DNA of 64,000 nucleotides from an uncultured Spirochaetota bacterium (GTDB lineage Bacteria > Spirochaetota > Brevinematia > Brevinematales > JAOACQ01): the NCBI GenBank assembly GCA_963835575.1, contig CAWIGG010000004.1, forward strand, positions 128,001-192,000, given 5' to 3'. The translations under genes were made by a program, and so were the position numbers. The notes beneath the pieces were generated by a model that searched no databases, was not told the origin of the DNA, and saw nothing but the letters and a program-made list of their open reading frames with translations. This document shows positions 10,553-20,696 of this stretch, piece after piece. Numbering within the stretch: the stretch's first letter is position 1; each line of letters begins with the position of its first letter.

Positions 10553-11518
10553 TTAAAAAATCCTTCCTGCAGCCGGTTTATAGCCGTTGATAAAAGCCGG
10601 ATAATCCATTTCCTTTTTGCCCCATGGCTTTAATTTCAAAAGCGAGAGGCATCCCTCTCTGCACTGCACAATCAGGCCTTTTTTATCCGCCTCCAGTATG
10701 ACCCCGGCCTTTTGAACAGGCCCGCATTGTTCAATCAGCTTTATTTCCATTAATGCCACATTGATTGCCGGGCCCTGAAGGGCGCTTCCATCGGGCAGAT
10801 TGCGGTATTCGGTATAAACGCCGGGCCAGACAGCGTAAGCCCTTCTTTTATTATAGATCTCCGCGGCGGTATGGGATTTAAAGCTGACCCGCCCGTCCTC
10901 TTTTTTTATCAGTTTCGTGAAAGTGGCCGCCGAATCGTCCTGCTTGATGCGCTTAACGCTTCCATCTTCTATCGCGTGAACCGCCTCTCTTAAAATGAGC
11001 GCGCCTTCCCCGGCCAGCCTGGGAGAGAGGGTTGTGTAATCATCCTCCTGAGCTATCCCGACTTCCTTCTGCATAATGATATCGCCTTTGTCCAGCTCTT
11101 TTGCCATATACTGTACGGTAACGCCGGTAACACTGCCGCCATGCTCCAGGACCGCCTGGATGGGAGACGCCCCTCTATATAAAGGAAGAAGAGAAGCATG
11201 GAGATTGACCGAATGGCGCTTCGGTATTGATAAAACCGCCTCGGGAAGGATCATGCCGTAAGACACAACAACGGACAGATCCGGATTCAAAACTCTCAAA
11301 GACTCTATCACTCCCTCATCCTTCAGACTGCAGGTTTGAATAACCGGAATATTATGCGCAAGAGCGAATACCTTGACCGGAGTCTGGCGCAGTTCCTTCA
11401 AACCGCGCCCGCAGGCGGAATCCGGGTTTGTCACTACCGAGATAATCTCATGCTCTTTAAATAATATTTCCAGAGAAGGAACGGAAAAGTCAGAGCTTCC
11501 CCAAAACAGGACCCTCAT
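10553..11518 (-). CDS. fmt: Methionyl-tRNA formyltransferase
   Basis: NLHASLLPLYRGASPI, LDKGDI; adjacent to def. Confidence 0.95.
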   Translation of the reverse strand: MRVLFWGSSDFSVPSLEILFKEHEIISVVTNPDSACGRGLKELRQTPVKVFALAHNIPVIQTCSLKDEGVIESLRVLNPDLSVVVSYGMILPEAVLSIPKRHSVNLHASLLPLYRGASPIQAVLEHGGSVTGVTVQYMAKELDKGDIIMQKEVGIAQEDDYTTLSPRLAGEGALILREAVHAIEDGSVKRIKQDDSAATFTKLIKKEDGRVSFKSHTAAEIYNKRRAYAVWPGVYTEYRNLPDGSALQGPAINVALMEIKLIEQCGPVQKAGVILEADKKGLIVQCREGCLSLLKLKPWGKKEMDYPAFINGYKPAAGRIF

Positions 11519-12051
11519 AAACAGACATTCCCGAACTTCTTTCTGTTCTTCTCAAGAATATCCTCGATTTTATCCTTATTCTTCACCCTCTCTTCAAAAG
11601 ACAGGTAATCAATAAAAAGTTTGCCGTTCAGGTGGTCCATTTCATGCTGGAGGACCCTGGCAAAGACATCGTCAGCGTCTAAGAGAATTGTCTTCCCGCC
11701 GGGCAAAGTCCCCTTCAACTTTATTGTTTTAGGACGGCTGACGGTCCCCCAGACATCCGGTATGGAAAGACAGCCTTCTTCATTCTCTTCTTCATCAAAA
11801 GACCTGTAAATAATTTTCGGATTGATCAGGGCTATTCTTCTCTCTTTTTCTTCCTTCGATTTTGTCAGGTCGATGACCAGGATTTTCTTTGTTATACCAA
11901 CCTGGGTCGCCGCCAGGCCTATTCCGCTTTCTTCGAGAGTGTCCATCATATCATGGACAATCCTCATAATATCTTTATCAACTTCTTTGACTTCCTCGGC
12001 TTTTTTCCTTAAGACAGGGTGGCCGTAAGTCAGAATTTCCAGTTTTGCCAT
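11515..12051 (-). CDS. def: Peptide deformylase
   Basis: GIGLAATQVG, EGCLS, QHEMDHLNG; ATG 12051 after a GAGG RBS. Confidence 0.96.
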   Translation of the reverse strand: MAKLEILTYGHPVLRKKAEEVKEVDKDIMRIVHDMMDTLEESGIGLAATQVGITKKILVIDLTKSKEEKERRIALINPKIIYRSFDEEENEEGCLSIPDVWGTVSRPKTIKLKGTLPGGKTILLDADDVFARVLQHEMDHLNGKLFIDYLSFEERVKNKDKIEDILEKNRKKFGNVCL

Positions 12052-12373
12052 TGTTTTATTGACCTCGCTCTTATTAAGCATAATATTTTAAAGAAAAAAA
12101 CCAGTTAAGCCAATATTTTGAGTACTTATTTTTATTCTCATGCCGTTTTTTTTCAATTCAACCCTTTCTATTAAAAAAATAATAAAATTTCATCAAATTT
12201 CAAAATAACCTGAGCTGAGAATTTATCTATGGCGAATTTATTTGACAAAACGGCTCAATTCAAGAATTAAAATTATCCTGAAAAATATAAGGCATTTTAA
12301 AAAACTGCCGATTTTTAATATAAGATTGAAAGCTTTATATTTAAAAGCAAAAAACTCTCAAAGGAGCGGGAAT

Positions 12374-13345
12374 ATGAAAACTAAAATAGCGGTATCAAGT
12401 ATCATACTTATATTCTCCATTTTAACGGCTTTACAGGCTACCATCAACAGGACTTTGATCGATTTCGCCAAATATGATGAATCTGTCAAAGCCCAGTACC
12501 CTGAACCGGCTGAAAGCTACATCTCGAATGTTGACGGCAGTCCAAGGGTTGTGGTCGGTTACAAAGACTATATGCTGGAAAACTGGAAGGTTGAGCTGAA
12601 TGAATCCGCCGATATGATCGATAACAGGATCAACAGCTTCTGCAAGCCGGTTGACAGCCAGCGCTTTAAAACCACCCTCGGCATCAGGGTCCATTTTCCA
12701 AAATGGAATAACAACAGCTACGCTGTGATAAAACCGCCTTTCCCCATAAAAATATATGACACAAACAGCCAGTTTGCCAACGCGGAAAACGGCGTTATGC
12801 CGAACGCGTCGGAAATCAAAAGCCTTTCGGTCTGGGTGAACGGCAGGAATTTCCGTTTCGGGCTGGCAGTGCGCCTGAGGGACCGTTATGAAGTGGTCCA
12901 CGAATACTTTTTAGGCTGGCTCTGGTTTGACGGATGGAGAAAGCTTGTTTTCCTCAATTCGAACTACACGGAAAGGATCTCGGCAAAAACCCTTTCCAGG
13001 GAACCGCTCTATCCTTTTGACATTCCCTATTATGTGTTTGATTCCATTGTCATATACCGCCCGGCCGATCAGATCGGGGGGGATTTTGTAACATATATTA
13101 AATCCATCGAAATGGAATATAATCCTTACGTAATCGACGAGGAAGTCACGCAGGACATCAAGGACAAACAGGTATGGGGCATTATTACTGCTAAGACAAA
13201 ACAAAAAATGGATTTTGAAAACAAGAACCTGACTGAAAATCTTTACCTCTATCAGCAGGAAAAGAAAAGAATGCAGTCCAACAAGGATTCGGCTGTAACA
13301 TCATCAGCGCCTTCGACGCCGTCAACAACATCAACCAACAAATAA
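12374..13345 (+). CDS. flaA: Periplasmic flagellar filament sheath protein FlaA
   Basis: Signal peptide; TLIDFAK, WKVELN, LGIRVHFP, IKSLSVWVNG, LWFDGWRKL are typical of spirochaete FlaA; AAGGAG RBS before ATG 12374. Confidence 0.88.
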   Translation: MKTKIAVSSIILIFSILTALQATINRTLIDFAKYDESVKAQYPEPAESYISNVDGSPRVVVGYKDYMLENWKVELNESADMIDNRINSFCKPVDSQRFKTTLGIRVHFPKWNNNSYAVIKPPFPIKIYDTNSQFANAENGVMPNASEIKSLSVWVNGRNFRFGLAVRLRDRYEVVHEYFLGWLWFDGWRKLVFLNSNYTERISAKTLSREPLYPFDIPYYVFDSIVIYRPADQIGGDFVTYIKSIEMEYNPYVIDEEVTQDIKDKQVWGIITAKTKQKMDFENKNLTENLYLYQQEKKRMQSNKDSAVTSSAPSTPSTTSTNK

Positions 13346-13364
13346 TCATAGGTCCTTATAAAAC

Positions 13365-13399
13365 AAAAAAGAGACGCTCTCCGGAGCGTCTTTTTTTTT
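13365..13399 (+). terminator. Rho-independent terminator after flaA (probably bidirectional)
   Basis: A-run, then stem GACGCTC/GAGCGTC with loop TCCG, then a T run. Confidence 0.85.
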
Positions 13400-13417
13400 A
13401 TTCCGCGCCGACTTTTC

Positions 13418-13446
13418 TTGATTATCCGGCTGAAAATTAGTATAAT
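13418..13446 (+). promoter_or_regulatory. Sigma70-type promoter, copy 1 of 3 related promoters
   Basis: TTGATT-17-TATAAT; context TTTCTTGATTATC...TATAATTTT shared with 15444 and 27148. Confidence 0.65.
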
Positions 13447-13479
13447 TTTCCCGAGTTTGTAAATTATTGAGGTGGCATT

Positions 13480-15234
13480 ATGAAATTTCAAAAATCAAAT
13501 TTACTTTTTATCATGATCCTTCTGTTTCTTTTTAACAGCGCTCAGACATGGCCGGCCGGTAAAAGCGCCGAGCCGTTCGGCTCGAAAGACGCCGTCAGGG
13601 GCGGGGAACTCTCCCTCCGGGTCAATGATTTTCCCAAATCATTCAATTATTTTGTCAATAACGCCTCTGACGCCTCTGAGGTTTTTGCCGCAGTCTACGA
13701 TACGCTTTTAGAAATGGACCCGACAACACTTGAATTCCAGCCTCTTCTGGCAAAATCCTGGACCATCTCAAAAGATAAAAAGGAATTCACTTTTATATTG
13801 GACCCCTCGGCAAAATGGGCCGACGGAAAGCCCGTTACGGCAGAGGATGTAAAATTCACCTATGATGTCATCATGGACACAAACAACATGACCATTGTCC
13901 AGCGTATGGGGTACAGCCGGTTTTATCCGCCGGTCATTCTAGATTCCCATTCCATAAAATTCACGGCAAAAATGGTCCATTTCAACAATTTTGTCAACCT
14001 GGCCGGTTTTACCGTACTGCCGAAACACCTTTTTGAAGGAAAGGATTTCAACAAGAGCTTTAATATGAACCTGCCGGCCGGCAGCGGCCCTTATATTTTA
14101 AGCGAGGTCCGTGAAGGCCGCTATTACACGCTCACTCGCCGGAAAGACTACTGGGCAGATTCCCTGCCGTCGCACCGCGGCACTTATAATTTCGAGAGGA
14201 TCAAGTACAAAGTCATCCGTGATGACAACGTGGCATTCGAAGGCTTTAAAAAAGGCGATTTCGACATGATCGCAGACGATATATCGGCCAAGCGCTGGGC
14301 AACCGAAACCGGATCGGAACCCTTCCAGAAAAACTGGATTGTCAAGCATAAGGTCTATAATTATTATCCGCGCGGTTTTTCCGGCATCGCGCTGAATTTA
14401 AGAAAGCCGCTCTTTCAGGATATCCGTGTCAGGAAAGCGCTCTTTATGCTGTTAGACAGGAAGGACCTGATTGAAAAGATCATGTATAACCAGTATGAAC
14501 CTCTTTCGTCCTACTGGCCGTCTTTATACGGTCCGAAGGGCGGGAATAATCCGGTCAGCTACGATCCGGAAAAAGCCAAAAAACTCCTCCGTGAAGCGGG
14601 TTATACAAAATTGGACAGGGAAGGCTATCTCATCAATAAAAAGGGCGAAAGGATGGAATTCACTTTGTCCTATTCAGGCGATAGCTTTGAGAAGCACCTG
14701 ACGCTTTATGCCGATTCTTGCCGGCAGGCGGGGGTTAAAATCAATCTGGAACTGTTGTCATGGGCGACACTATTAAAGAAGATGGAACAGTACAATTTTG
14801 ACTCTCTGATCATAGCCTGGAGCACATCCCTTTTTGAAGACCCTGAACAGCTCTGGCATTCCCGGTACGCTGACGTACCGGGCGGCAGCGACCTTCCAGG
14901 ATTTAAAAACAAAAAAGTGGACGCCTATATCGATTCCCTGCCCCCCCTATTTGATGCGGATGAAAGAATAAACATCATTAAGAATATTGATAAAATCATT
15001 TATGAGGAAACCCCATACATCTTAATGTGGGGCGCGAATTACTCACGCCTGCTCTACAAAAACATCTTCGGGATGCCGAAAACATTCCTTTCAAAATACG
15101 GCTCCACACACGACGTCATCAACTACTGGTGGTTTGACCCGGAAAAAGAAAAAAAATACGATGAAGCGAAAAAGAATAACATCCCGCTTCCCCCCGAACC
15201 GGTTGAAGTGTATTACGATAAACTGGCGAAGTAA
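13480..15234 (+). CDS. Peptide ABC transporter substrate-binding protein (family 5, YejA-like)
   Basis: AKWADGKPVTAEDVKFT, GSGPY, DIRVRKAL family-5 SBP motifs. Confidence 0.9.
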   Translation: MKFQKSNLLFIMILLFLFNSAQTWPAGKSAEPFGSKDAVRGGELSLRVNDFPKSFNYFVNNASDASEVFAAVYDTLLEMDPTTLEFQPLLAKSWTISKDKKEFTFILDPSAKWADGKPVTAEDVKFTYDVIMDTNNMTIVQRMGYSRFYPPVILDSHSIKFTAKMVHFNNFVNLAGFTVLPKHLFEGKDFNKSFNMNLPAGSGPYILSEVREGRYYTLTRRKDYWADSLPSHRGTYNFERIKYKVIRDDNVAFEGFKKGDFDMIADDISAKRWATETGSEPFQKNWIVKHKVYNYYPRGFSGIALNLRKPLFQDIRVRKALFMLLDRKDLIEKIMYNQYEPLSSYWPSLYGPKGGNNPVSYDPEKAKKLLREAGYTKLDREGYLINKKGERMEFTLSYSGDSFEKHLTLYADSCRQAGVKINLELLSWATLLKKMEQYNFDSLIIAWSTSLFEDPEQLWHSRYADVPGGSDLPGFKNKKVDAYIDSLPPLFDADERINIIKNIDKIIYEETPYILMWGANYSRLLYKNIFGMPKTFLSKYGSTHDVINYWWFDPEKEKKYDEAKKNNIPLPPEPVEVYYDKLAK

Positions 15235-15251
15235 AGGAATCTTTTAGTAAA

Positions 15252-15362
15252 GGCTTCACCCCCATCCGTTCTCCATCCCTCGGCAGACGACAGGCTCACT
15301 GCAAGCTTCGCTCGGGAACCGTTGGAGAGGGGTGCCGAGCCTTGCGAGGCGGGGTGAGGCAT
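15252..15362. repeat. Palindromic element, family D (CCTCACCCC...CTCTCC/GGAGAGG...GGGGTGAGG), with an internal family-C segment
   Basis: 15323-15362 is the reverse complement of 58100-58139 with one mismatch. Confidence 0.8.
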
Positions 15363-15443
15363 GCCGGTCCTGCCTTATTGGGATTGTCCTAATAAAGGAT
15401 AGATAATTCAAATTCATTTTCATTCATATAAACACTACATTTC

Positions 15444-15472
15444 TTGATTATCACAATAAGTGCGGCTATAAT
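15444..15472 (+). promoter_or_regulatory. Sigma70-type promoter, copy 2
   Basis: TTGATT-17-TATAAT in the same flanking context. Confidence 0.65.
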
Positions 15473-15502
15473 TTTTCACTTCTTAATACCGGGAGATTTT
15501 TC

Positions 15503-17266
15503 ATGAAAGCCAGCGATGTAAAATATTTTCTATATGTTTCTTTTTTCCTATTACTTTACGCTGTCATCTGGAGCAACCCCGCCGGGATCAGGACAGCCGG
15601 CGATCCGTCAGCCGTCCGCGGCGGGACGCTGAACCTTCATTCCCCGGAATTCCCGAAATCGTTCAATCTTTTTGTCAATAACGCGGCGGACGCGGCGGAC
15701 GTTTTTTACCTTGTCTATGACACGCTTCTTAATGTCAATCCCGGCACCCTGGAATTCGAACCGCTGATCGCGAGCGCCTGGAACGTGTCCGCCGACAAAA
15801 AAGTTTTTACCTTCACCATCGACAAACGCGCCCGCTGGTCCGACGGCAAACCGGTTACGGCGCAGGACGTTCTTTTTACATACGACACGATCATGAATAA
15901 AAGCAACCTGACCTCGGTCCAGCGCCTCAGCTTCAGCCGCTTTGAGGAACCTCAAATCATCAGCGACCGGATAATCCGGTTCAAAGCTCTTACCGTCCAC
16001 TATAACAACCTGGTCACCCTGGCTGAAATGAATATACTTCCTAAGCACCTTTATGAAGGAAAGGATTTTAATAAAAGCTTCAATATGGAACTGCCGGGGT
16101 CCAGCGGGCCTTACAGCCTTTCCGAAGTGAAGGAAGGCCGCTACTATGTCCTTGCCAGGCGGAAGGATTACTGGGCCGATGTCCTTCCATGCCGGAGATA
16201 TATGTTCAATTTCGATTTAATCAAATACAAAATCATCCGGGACAATAACGTTTCGTTCGAAGCATTTAAAAAAGGGGAATTCGACGTCTACTCAAAGGAA
16301 GTTTCAGATGTCACCCCCAAGCGCTGGGTAACGGAAACAGATTCCGAAAAATTCAAAAAAAACTATATCATCAAACAGAAAATATATAATCATGCTCCCC
16401 GCGGGTTCCGGGGACTGGCACTCAATATGAGAAATCCCCTTTTCAAGGACATCAGGGTCAGGGAGGCCCTTTTCAGGCTGCTGGACAGAAAGACCATAAC
16501 GGAGAAACTCCTCTACGGTTTTTATAAGCCCCTGACCTCCTACTGGCCGAACATCAGCGAAAACAGGGAAGTCCCTTACGACCCGCCAGTGGCCCGGAAG
16601 CTCCTCAGGGATGCGGGCTATACAAGGCTCGATAAGGACGGATATCTATTGAACGGACGGGGAGAGAAACTGGAATTTACGGTCCTTTCCAGAATGGATG
16701 AAAACAGAGAAAAATACCTGACTTTTTTCGCCGAGTCATGCAGAAAGGCCGGAGTGAAAGTAAACCTTGAATTGACATCATGGTCCACTCTGATAAAAAA
16801 AATGGACGAGTACAAATTCGACGCCGTTGATATAGCCTGGACCGGCACGCTTTTCGATGACCCTGAACAGCTCTGGCATTCCAGGCATAAGAACGAGACC
16901 GGCGGCAGCGACCTGCCGGGATACAGCAGCCCTCAGGTCGACGCCCTGATCGATTCCCTCCCGTCTGTTTTCAGCGCGAAGGAAAGAGAAAAAAAAACAA
17001 GAATGATCGATAAGATCATTTATAATGACGTCCCGTACCTCCTTTACTGGTGGCAGGATTATTATGCCCTGTTTTATAAAAACGAGTTCGGCATGCCCAA
17101 AAACGCAGTATCCAGGTTCGGTTCCGGTACATACATGATCGAAACGGAGATCATTAATTACTGGTGGTTTGATCCTGCCCGGGCGGAAAAACTTCGGGAA
17201 ACTGAAAAAACCGGCGCGGCGCTGAACCCCGAACCGCCGGAAATATATTATGATAAAATAAGATAA
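15503..17266 (+). CDS. Peptide ABC transporter substrate-binding protein, tandem paralogue
   Basis: Colinear with 13480-15234 (FPKSFN, GKPVTA, DPEQLWHS, INYWWFDP shared). Confidence 0.9.
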   Translation: MKASDVKYFLYVSFFLLLYAVIWSNPAGIRTAGDPSAVRGGTLNLHSPEFPKSFNLFVNNAADAADVFYLVYDTLLNVNPGTLEFEPLIASAWNVSADKKVFTFTIDKRARWSDGKPVTAQDVLFTYDTIMNKSNLTSVQRLSFSRFEEPQIISDRIIRFKALTVHYNNLVTLAEMNILPKHLYEGKDFNKSFNMELPGSSGPYSLSEVKEGRYYVLARRKDYWADVLPCRRYMFNFDLIKYKIIRDNNVSFEAFKKGEFDVYSKEVSDVTPKRWVTETDSEKFKKNYIIKQKIYNHAPRGFRGLALNMRNPLFKDIRVREALFRLLDRKTITEKLLYGFYKPLTSYWPNISENREVPYDPPVARKLLRDAGYTRLDKDGYLLNGRGEKLEFTVLSRMDENREKYLTFFAESCRKAGVKVNLELTSWSTLIKKMDEYKFDAVDIAWTGTLFDDPEQLWHSRHKNETGGSDLPGYSSPQVDALIDSLPSVFSAKEREKKTRMIDKIIYNDVPYLLYWWQDYYALFYKNEFGMPKNAVSRFGSGTYMIETEIINYWWFDPARAEKLRETEKTGAALNPEPPEIYYDKIR

Positions 17267-17270
17267 ATCC

Positions 17271-17495
17271 AAACACCAAGATCACCAAGTGCAATAAGAG
17301 CCACGAACGAGGTAAAGGGAACCACAGATTGCACAGATTTCACTGATATTTCTTTGTTGTACAGACCCCAATAAGGCAGGATAGACGGCAGGCTCACTAC
17401 AAGTTTTCAGGATATGACAGGATTCTCAGTATATTGTTATCTGGAATTTTTGGAAGAAAGGTCAGCCACGGAATGACACGAAAGCACACGAAAAT
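17271..17495. repeat. Stack of repeat half-elements at the left edge of the metal island
   Basis: ACCACAGATTGCACAGATT, GACCCCAAT, CGGCAGGCTCACTACAAGT, CAGGATATGACAGGATT, GCCACGGAATGACACGAAAGCACACGAAA. Confidence 0.6.
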
Positions 17496-17717
17496 AAAAA
17501 TTTAATAATAATCCACTATCCTTAATATTCCGAATCGTTATTATGGGGAGATATGAGTAGAAAAAGAACATTGCTTCTCCGCAAAAAGGTTGCCGGTTTT
17601 TTCCCGGCAAAAAAAAGATACTGCCATGTTCTCGTATTTTGCCGTGTCTTATTTGCAATTTTAGAGTAAATATTTTACACTTGAAACAGCCGTACTGATT
17701 CGCTCTAAAATAACAAT

Positions 17718-18152
17718 ATGCCTTCCAGGCAGAAATTGGTAAAAGAAAAGATGCCGCATAAAAAATTTATCAGTAAAGTATACAAAACCACTCGCAGTTT
17801 TTTCAAGGTATATTTTAAAAAAATTGTCCTTCTCATTACTTTTATTGCTTTCATTTCGATTTCCGTATTTTCACATCACACTCACCATGATGAGGATCTT
17901 CAAATAAAGAATTACACCGCCCATTGTCTTAAAGTGCAAAGCGCGTCTCTTCAAGACAAAGATGGGGATTTTTGTATCGCCTGTTTCTGGCAGAGCATTG
18001 CCCAATCGACTGGCATTTTCGACAAGATCGTATTACCCTATGAAAACCCTGTTCAGAATATTTTCAAACCTTCACTAAAATTCCATTCTGAAAAAATTAT
18101 TCTATCATTCCAGAACAGGGCCCCTCCGGCCCGGGTTTCCGCCGGCTGTTAA
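17718..18152 (+). CDS. DUF2946-like leader protein (TM/signal, His-rich, CxxC, C-terminal RAPP); candidate arrest peptide A
   Basis: Hydrophobic segment, HHTHHD, CIAC, then RAPP (18117-18128); paralogue at 21798-22154; start may be ATG 17751. Confidence 0.75.
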   Translation: MPSRQKLVKEKMPHKKFISKVYKTTRSFFKVYFKKIVLLITFIAFISISVFSHHTHHDEDLQIKNYTAHCLKVQSASLQDKDGDFCIACFWQSIAQSTGIFDKIVLPYENPVQNIFKPSLKFHSEKIILSFQNRAPPARVSAGC

Positions 18153-18347
18153 AAAATCAATGAATATTTCATTTTCCTGCTTCGCTGTCTACAGGTCAGC
18201 TTATTCATGATCTATTAATAGTAGCGGCATAAATTTAAATATGCACTGACTGCTGTTCACTGAATAAAAAGCGGTGAATTGCGCGGGAAAAAGGCCGTTT
18301 TATGAACAGCCTTTCAAACCTAATAAATACTTTGGAGGATTACAACT

Positions 18348-19664
18348 ATGAAAAGAAACAGGATCGTTTTTACAGCCGCCGGCATCTTGATGCTTTCAGT
18401 CCTTTTTACGGGATGCGCGGCGAAAAAGCAGCCGTTCGGGTTTCAAGCCCTCAAGATAAACGGCCGGTTCGTGGATGTTTCCATTTTTAACCAGGAATAC
18501 CAGAGATTTTTCGAAAATAACCGGAGAAACGCCCTGGTAATGCGGACGCCGGATGACGAGCGCAGGGCGGAGGTCCTTGATACTGTCATTGAAAGGGAAA
18601 TCGTTGAAAATTACCTGACCAACCGCAGGGATATAGAAGTCACCGACAAGGAAGTAACGGATTTTCTCAACCGCTATGTCAAGCCGAGCATGTGTATGAA
18701 TATCAATGAGGATGATCCGGTTCTCTTGAGTATTCAGGATGTTGTTGTCAGCCAGCAGACGTTTTCCTCTATAAAATCCTACCTGCTGAGTCTGAAAATC
18801 ATACCTGAAATAGCCGCGAAGTATAATATTAAAGCCGATCCGAAAGAAGTAAAGAAGGAATATAAGCGTCAGTTTAAGGATAATTATCTTGTCTTGGGGA
18901 GGCATATAGTCCTGCCGAAATGGCAGATAAAGCTCTCCGGTGAGCTTGCGGAAAAGATGAAGAAAGAAACAGATATCGGGGACCTTGTCCGGAAATATTC
19001 CATTGATCCTTACTCTAAGAATAAAGGCGGAGCGATGGGAAACATCGCCCTTGCCGCGATAACGCCCGATTTTGCGAAAAAAATGCGGACCGTCAGGCCC
19101 GGGGAAATACTCGGACCTTACCAGGTTTCATACGGAATAGAGATCATCCGGATTGATGATGTTATCCATTTTAATCATCCTGAAAATGAGATAGAAAAAA
19201 CCATTCTGATGAAAAATTTTCATTCTTCACCTGTTTATCAAGACTGGGTTGGATCGCTGAAAGCCGGGGTTAATATAGAAATCACCGACCCGGTTTTAAA
19301 AGCATACTATTTTTTCAAAACCGGAAAATACGCGGAGGCCGCTCCCCTGTTCATTAAATTATATCAGTCCGGGAAATCACGCGATGCGCTGGACCTGGCA
19401 GCGGCCTGCTTTAAAAAAGCCGGCGACGGGGAAGAGCTTGTCCGCTGGAGCGGGGAAGGAATAAGAACGTTTCCCGGGTTCAGTCTGAATTATTATTTGT
19501 CCCAGGCCTCCGGTTTTATGATGCTTCAAAAAACAAATGAATGCCTTCTTGCCATGAAAAACGCGGAGAAAGCGGCCGGCGGACAAATCCTGAAGGAAAT
19601 AGCCGATCAATACTTTGAATTGGGTTTGACCAATGAAGGAAGTAAATATACTAACAGAAGATAA
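18348..19664 (+). CDS. SurA/PrsA-like peptidyl-prolyl isomerase (PpiC) lipoprotein with a C-terminal TPR-like region
   Basis: Lipobox-like LFTGC; SurA-like N domain; KYSIDPYSKNKGGAMG and GPYQVSYGIEII parvulin motifs; GGAGG RBS. Confidence 0.7.
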   Translation: MKRNRIVFTAAGILMLSVLFTGCAAKKQPFGFQALKINGRFVDVSIFNQEYQRFFENNRRNALVMRTPDDERRAEVLDTVIEREIVENYLTNRRDIEVTDKEVTDFLNRYVKPSMCMNINEDDPVLLSIQDVVVSQQTFSSIKSYLLSLKIIPEIAAKYNIKADPKEVKKEYKRQFKDNYLVLGRHIVLPKWQIKLSGELAEKMKKETDIGDLVRKYSIDPYSKNKGGAMGNIALAAITPDFAKKMRTVRPGEILGPYQVSYGIEIIRIDDVIHFNHPENEIEKTILMKNFHSSPVYQDWVGSLKAGVNIEITDPVLKAYYFFKTGKYAEAAPLFIKLYQSGKSRDALDLAAACFKKAGDGEELVRWSGEGIRTFPGFSLNYYLSQASGFMMLQKTNECLLAMKNAEKAAGGQILKEIADQYFELGLTNEGSKYTNRR

Positions 19665-19758
19665 TATCCGGCTGACTATTAAGCCTTTAGACGATAACTG
19701 TTAATTCAAAGCTTCCGCCGGAAGACAAAGAGAGGGACGGTAAAACAAAGAATTATTT

Positions 19759-19791
19759 GGCAGTTCTAAAAATGTGAGTTTTAGAACTGCC
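19759..19791. repeat. Short hairpin, family E (GGCAGTTCTAAAA...TTTTAGAACTGCC)
   Basis: IR between convergent genes; related copies at 22271, 40859 and 41002, half copy at 46825. Confidence 0.8.
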
Positions 19792-19957
19792 CTTGATTTT
19801 GTTTCAGGAATAATAACCTTTGATGATTCAAATATGCGTGTGCCCTAAAAGACAATGATCCAGGCAATTGTACGCCTTTTTTATTAACATGCAGATTATT
19901 CGTTTCAGAGCCGCTCCCTTTCTTAACCCGGCACGAGCATTCAACAAATCAGACTAA

Positions 19958-20692
19958 TTAATATACAAACGGTTCCTTCTCTTTAAAATCGGACATAAAA
20001 GGGTTATCAGGCTCTTTGTCCGGAATTATTTTATCCGCCGCGAACATAAAATCTTCCTTGATTTCAGTGTTCGGAGTGTCCGCGATTACCGCATCCTTTT
20101 CCAGATTGTCCGGCTTAAAAGGGACAAAGTGTCCATAAACTTTCACCCAGTCTCCCATCTTATATTGACTGATATCATCCTGTTTTATCCTCAGGCCGTA
20201 AGCGCAGGAATCGTAAAAACAGCAGACCATCACGACCCTCGCGACAACAATATTACTGATTTGATCCAGTTTGCTGTTTCTGTAAATAGAGCCCCTGAAA
20301 ACGTAGTTATTTTTCCGGATGATCCCGTCCAGTTTTTTCGGCGGATTATTATAAAGTATCATAAATAGCTCGCCTAAATTGACCGGAATGTATTCCTTTC
20401 CATTCAAATTTTCCCGGGCGGCCTTTTGTACGGCATGCGATTTGACAGCCGGCGCGATTAGACAAATGATAATAAAAACTATCATCGCCAGGATCGCTGA
20501 AAATTTGACTTCAAACCGCCTGAAAAGCGTTATGACGCCGAAGAGTATCAGGAGCGCTCCGCTTCCGCCGGTCAAGAGCAAAAACTTCGGACTCAGCAAG
20601 CGGCTGTAAAATCCGCTGAAAATCAAAAATAAAATATAACCTCCCAGGACCAGAAAAGAAATGCTGCCGATAATCGATAAAAATTTTTTCAT
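19958..20692 (-). CDS. TIGR03943/DUF1980-like membrane protein (permease partner)
   Basis: N-terminal TM helices, ARVVMVCCFYDS and WVKVYG motifs; directly downstream of a DUF318-type permease. Confidence 0.7.
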   Translation of the reverse strand: MKKFLSIIGSISFLVLGGYILFLIFSGFYSRLLSPKFLLLTGGSGALLILFGVITLFRRFEVKFSAILAMIVFIIICLIAPAVKSHAVQKAARENLNGKEYIPVNLGELFMILYNNPPKKLDGIIRKNNYVFRGSIYRNSKLDQISNIVVARVVMVCCFYDSCAYGLRIKQDDISQYKMGDWVKVYGHFVPFKPDNLEKDAVIADTPNTEIKEDFMFAADKIIPDKEPDNPFMSDFKEKEPFVY

Positions 20693-20696
20693 AATT

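Noticed and set aside
12242..12373. Upstream-extended starts in the ORF track (flaA and several others)
   Set aside because: Downstream start codons have clear RBSs and restore signal peptides or domain boundaries.
17570..17620. Riboswitch upstream of leader A
   Set aside because: Only a simple TTGCCGG/CCGGCAA hairpin is visible; no recognisable aptamer consensus.
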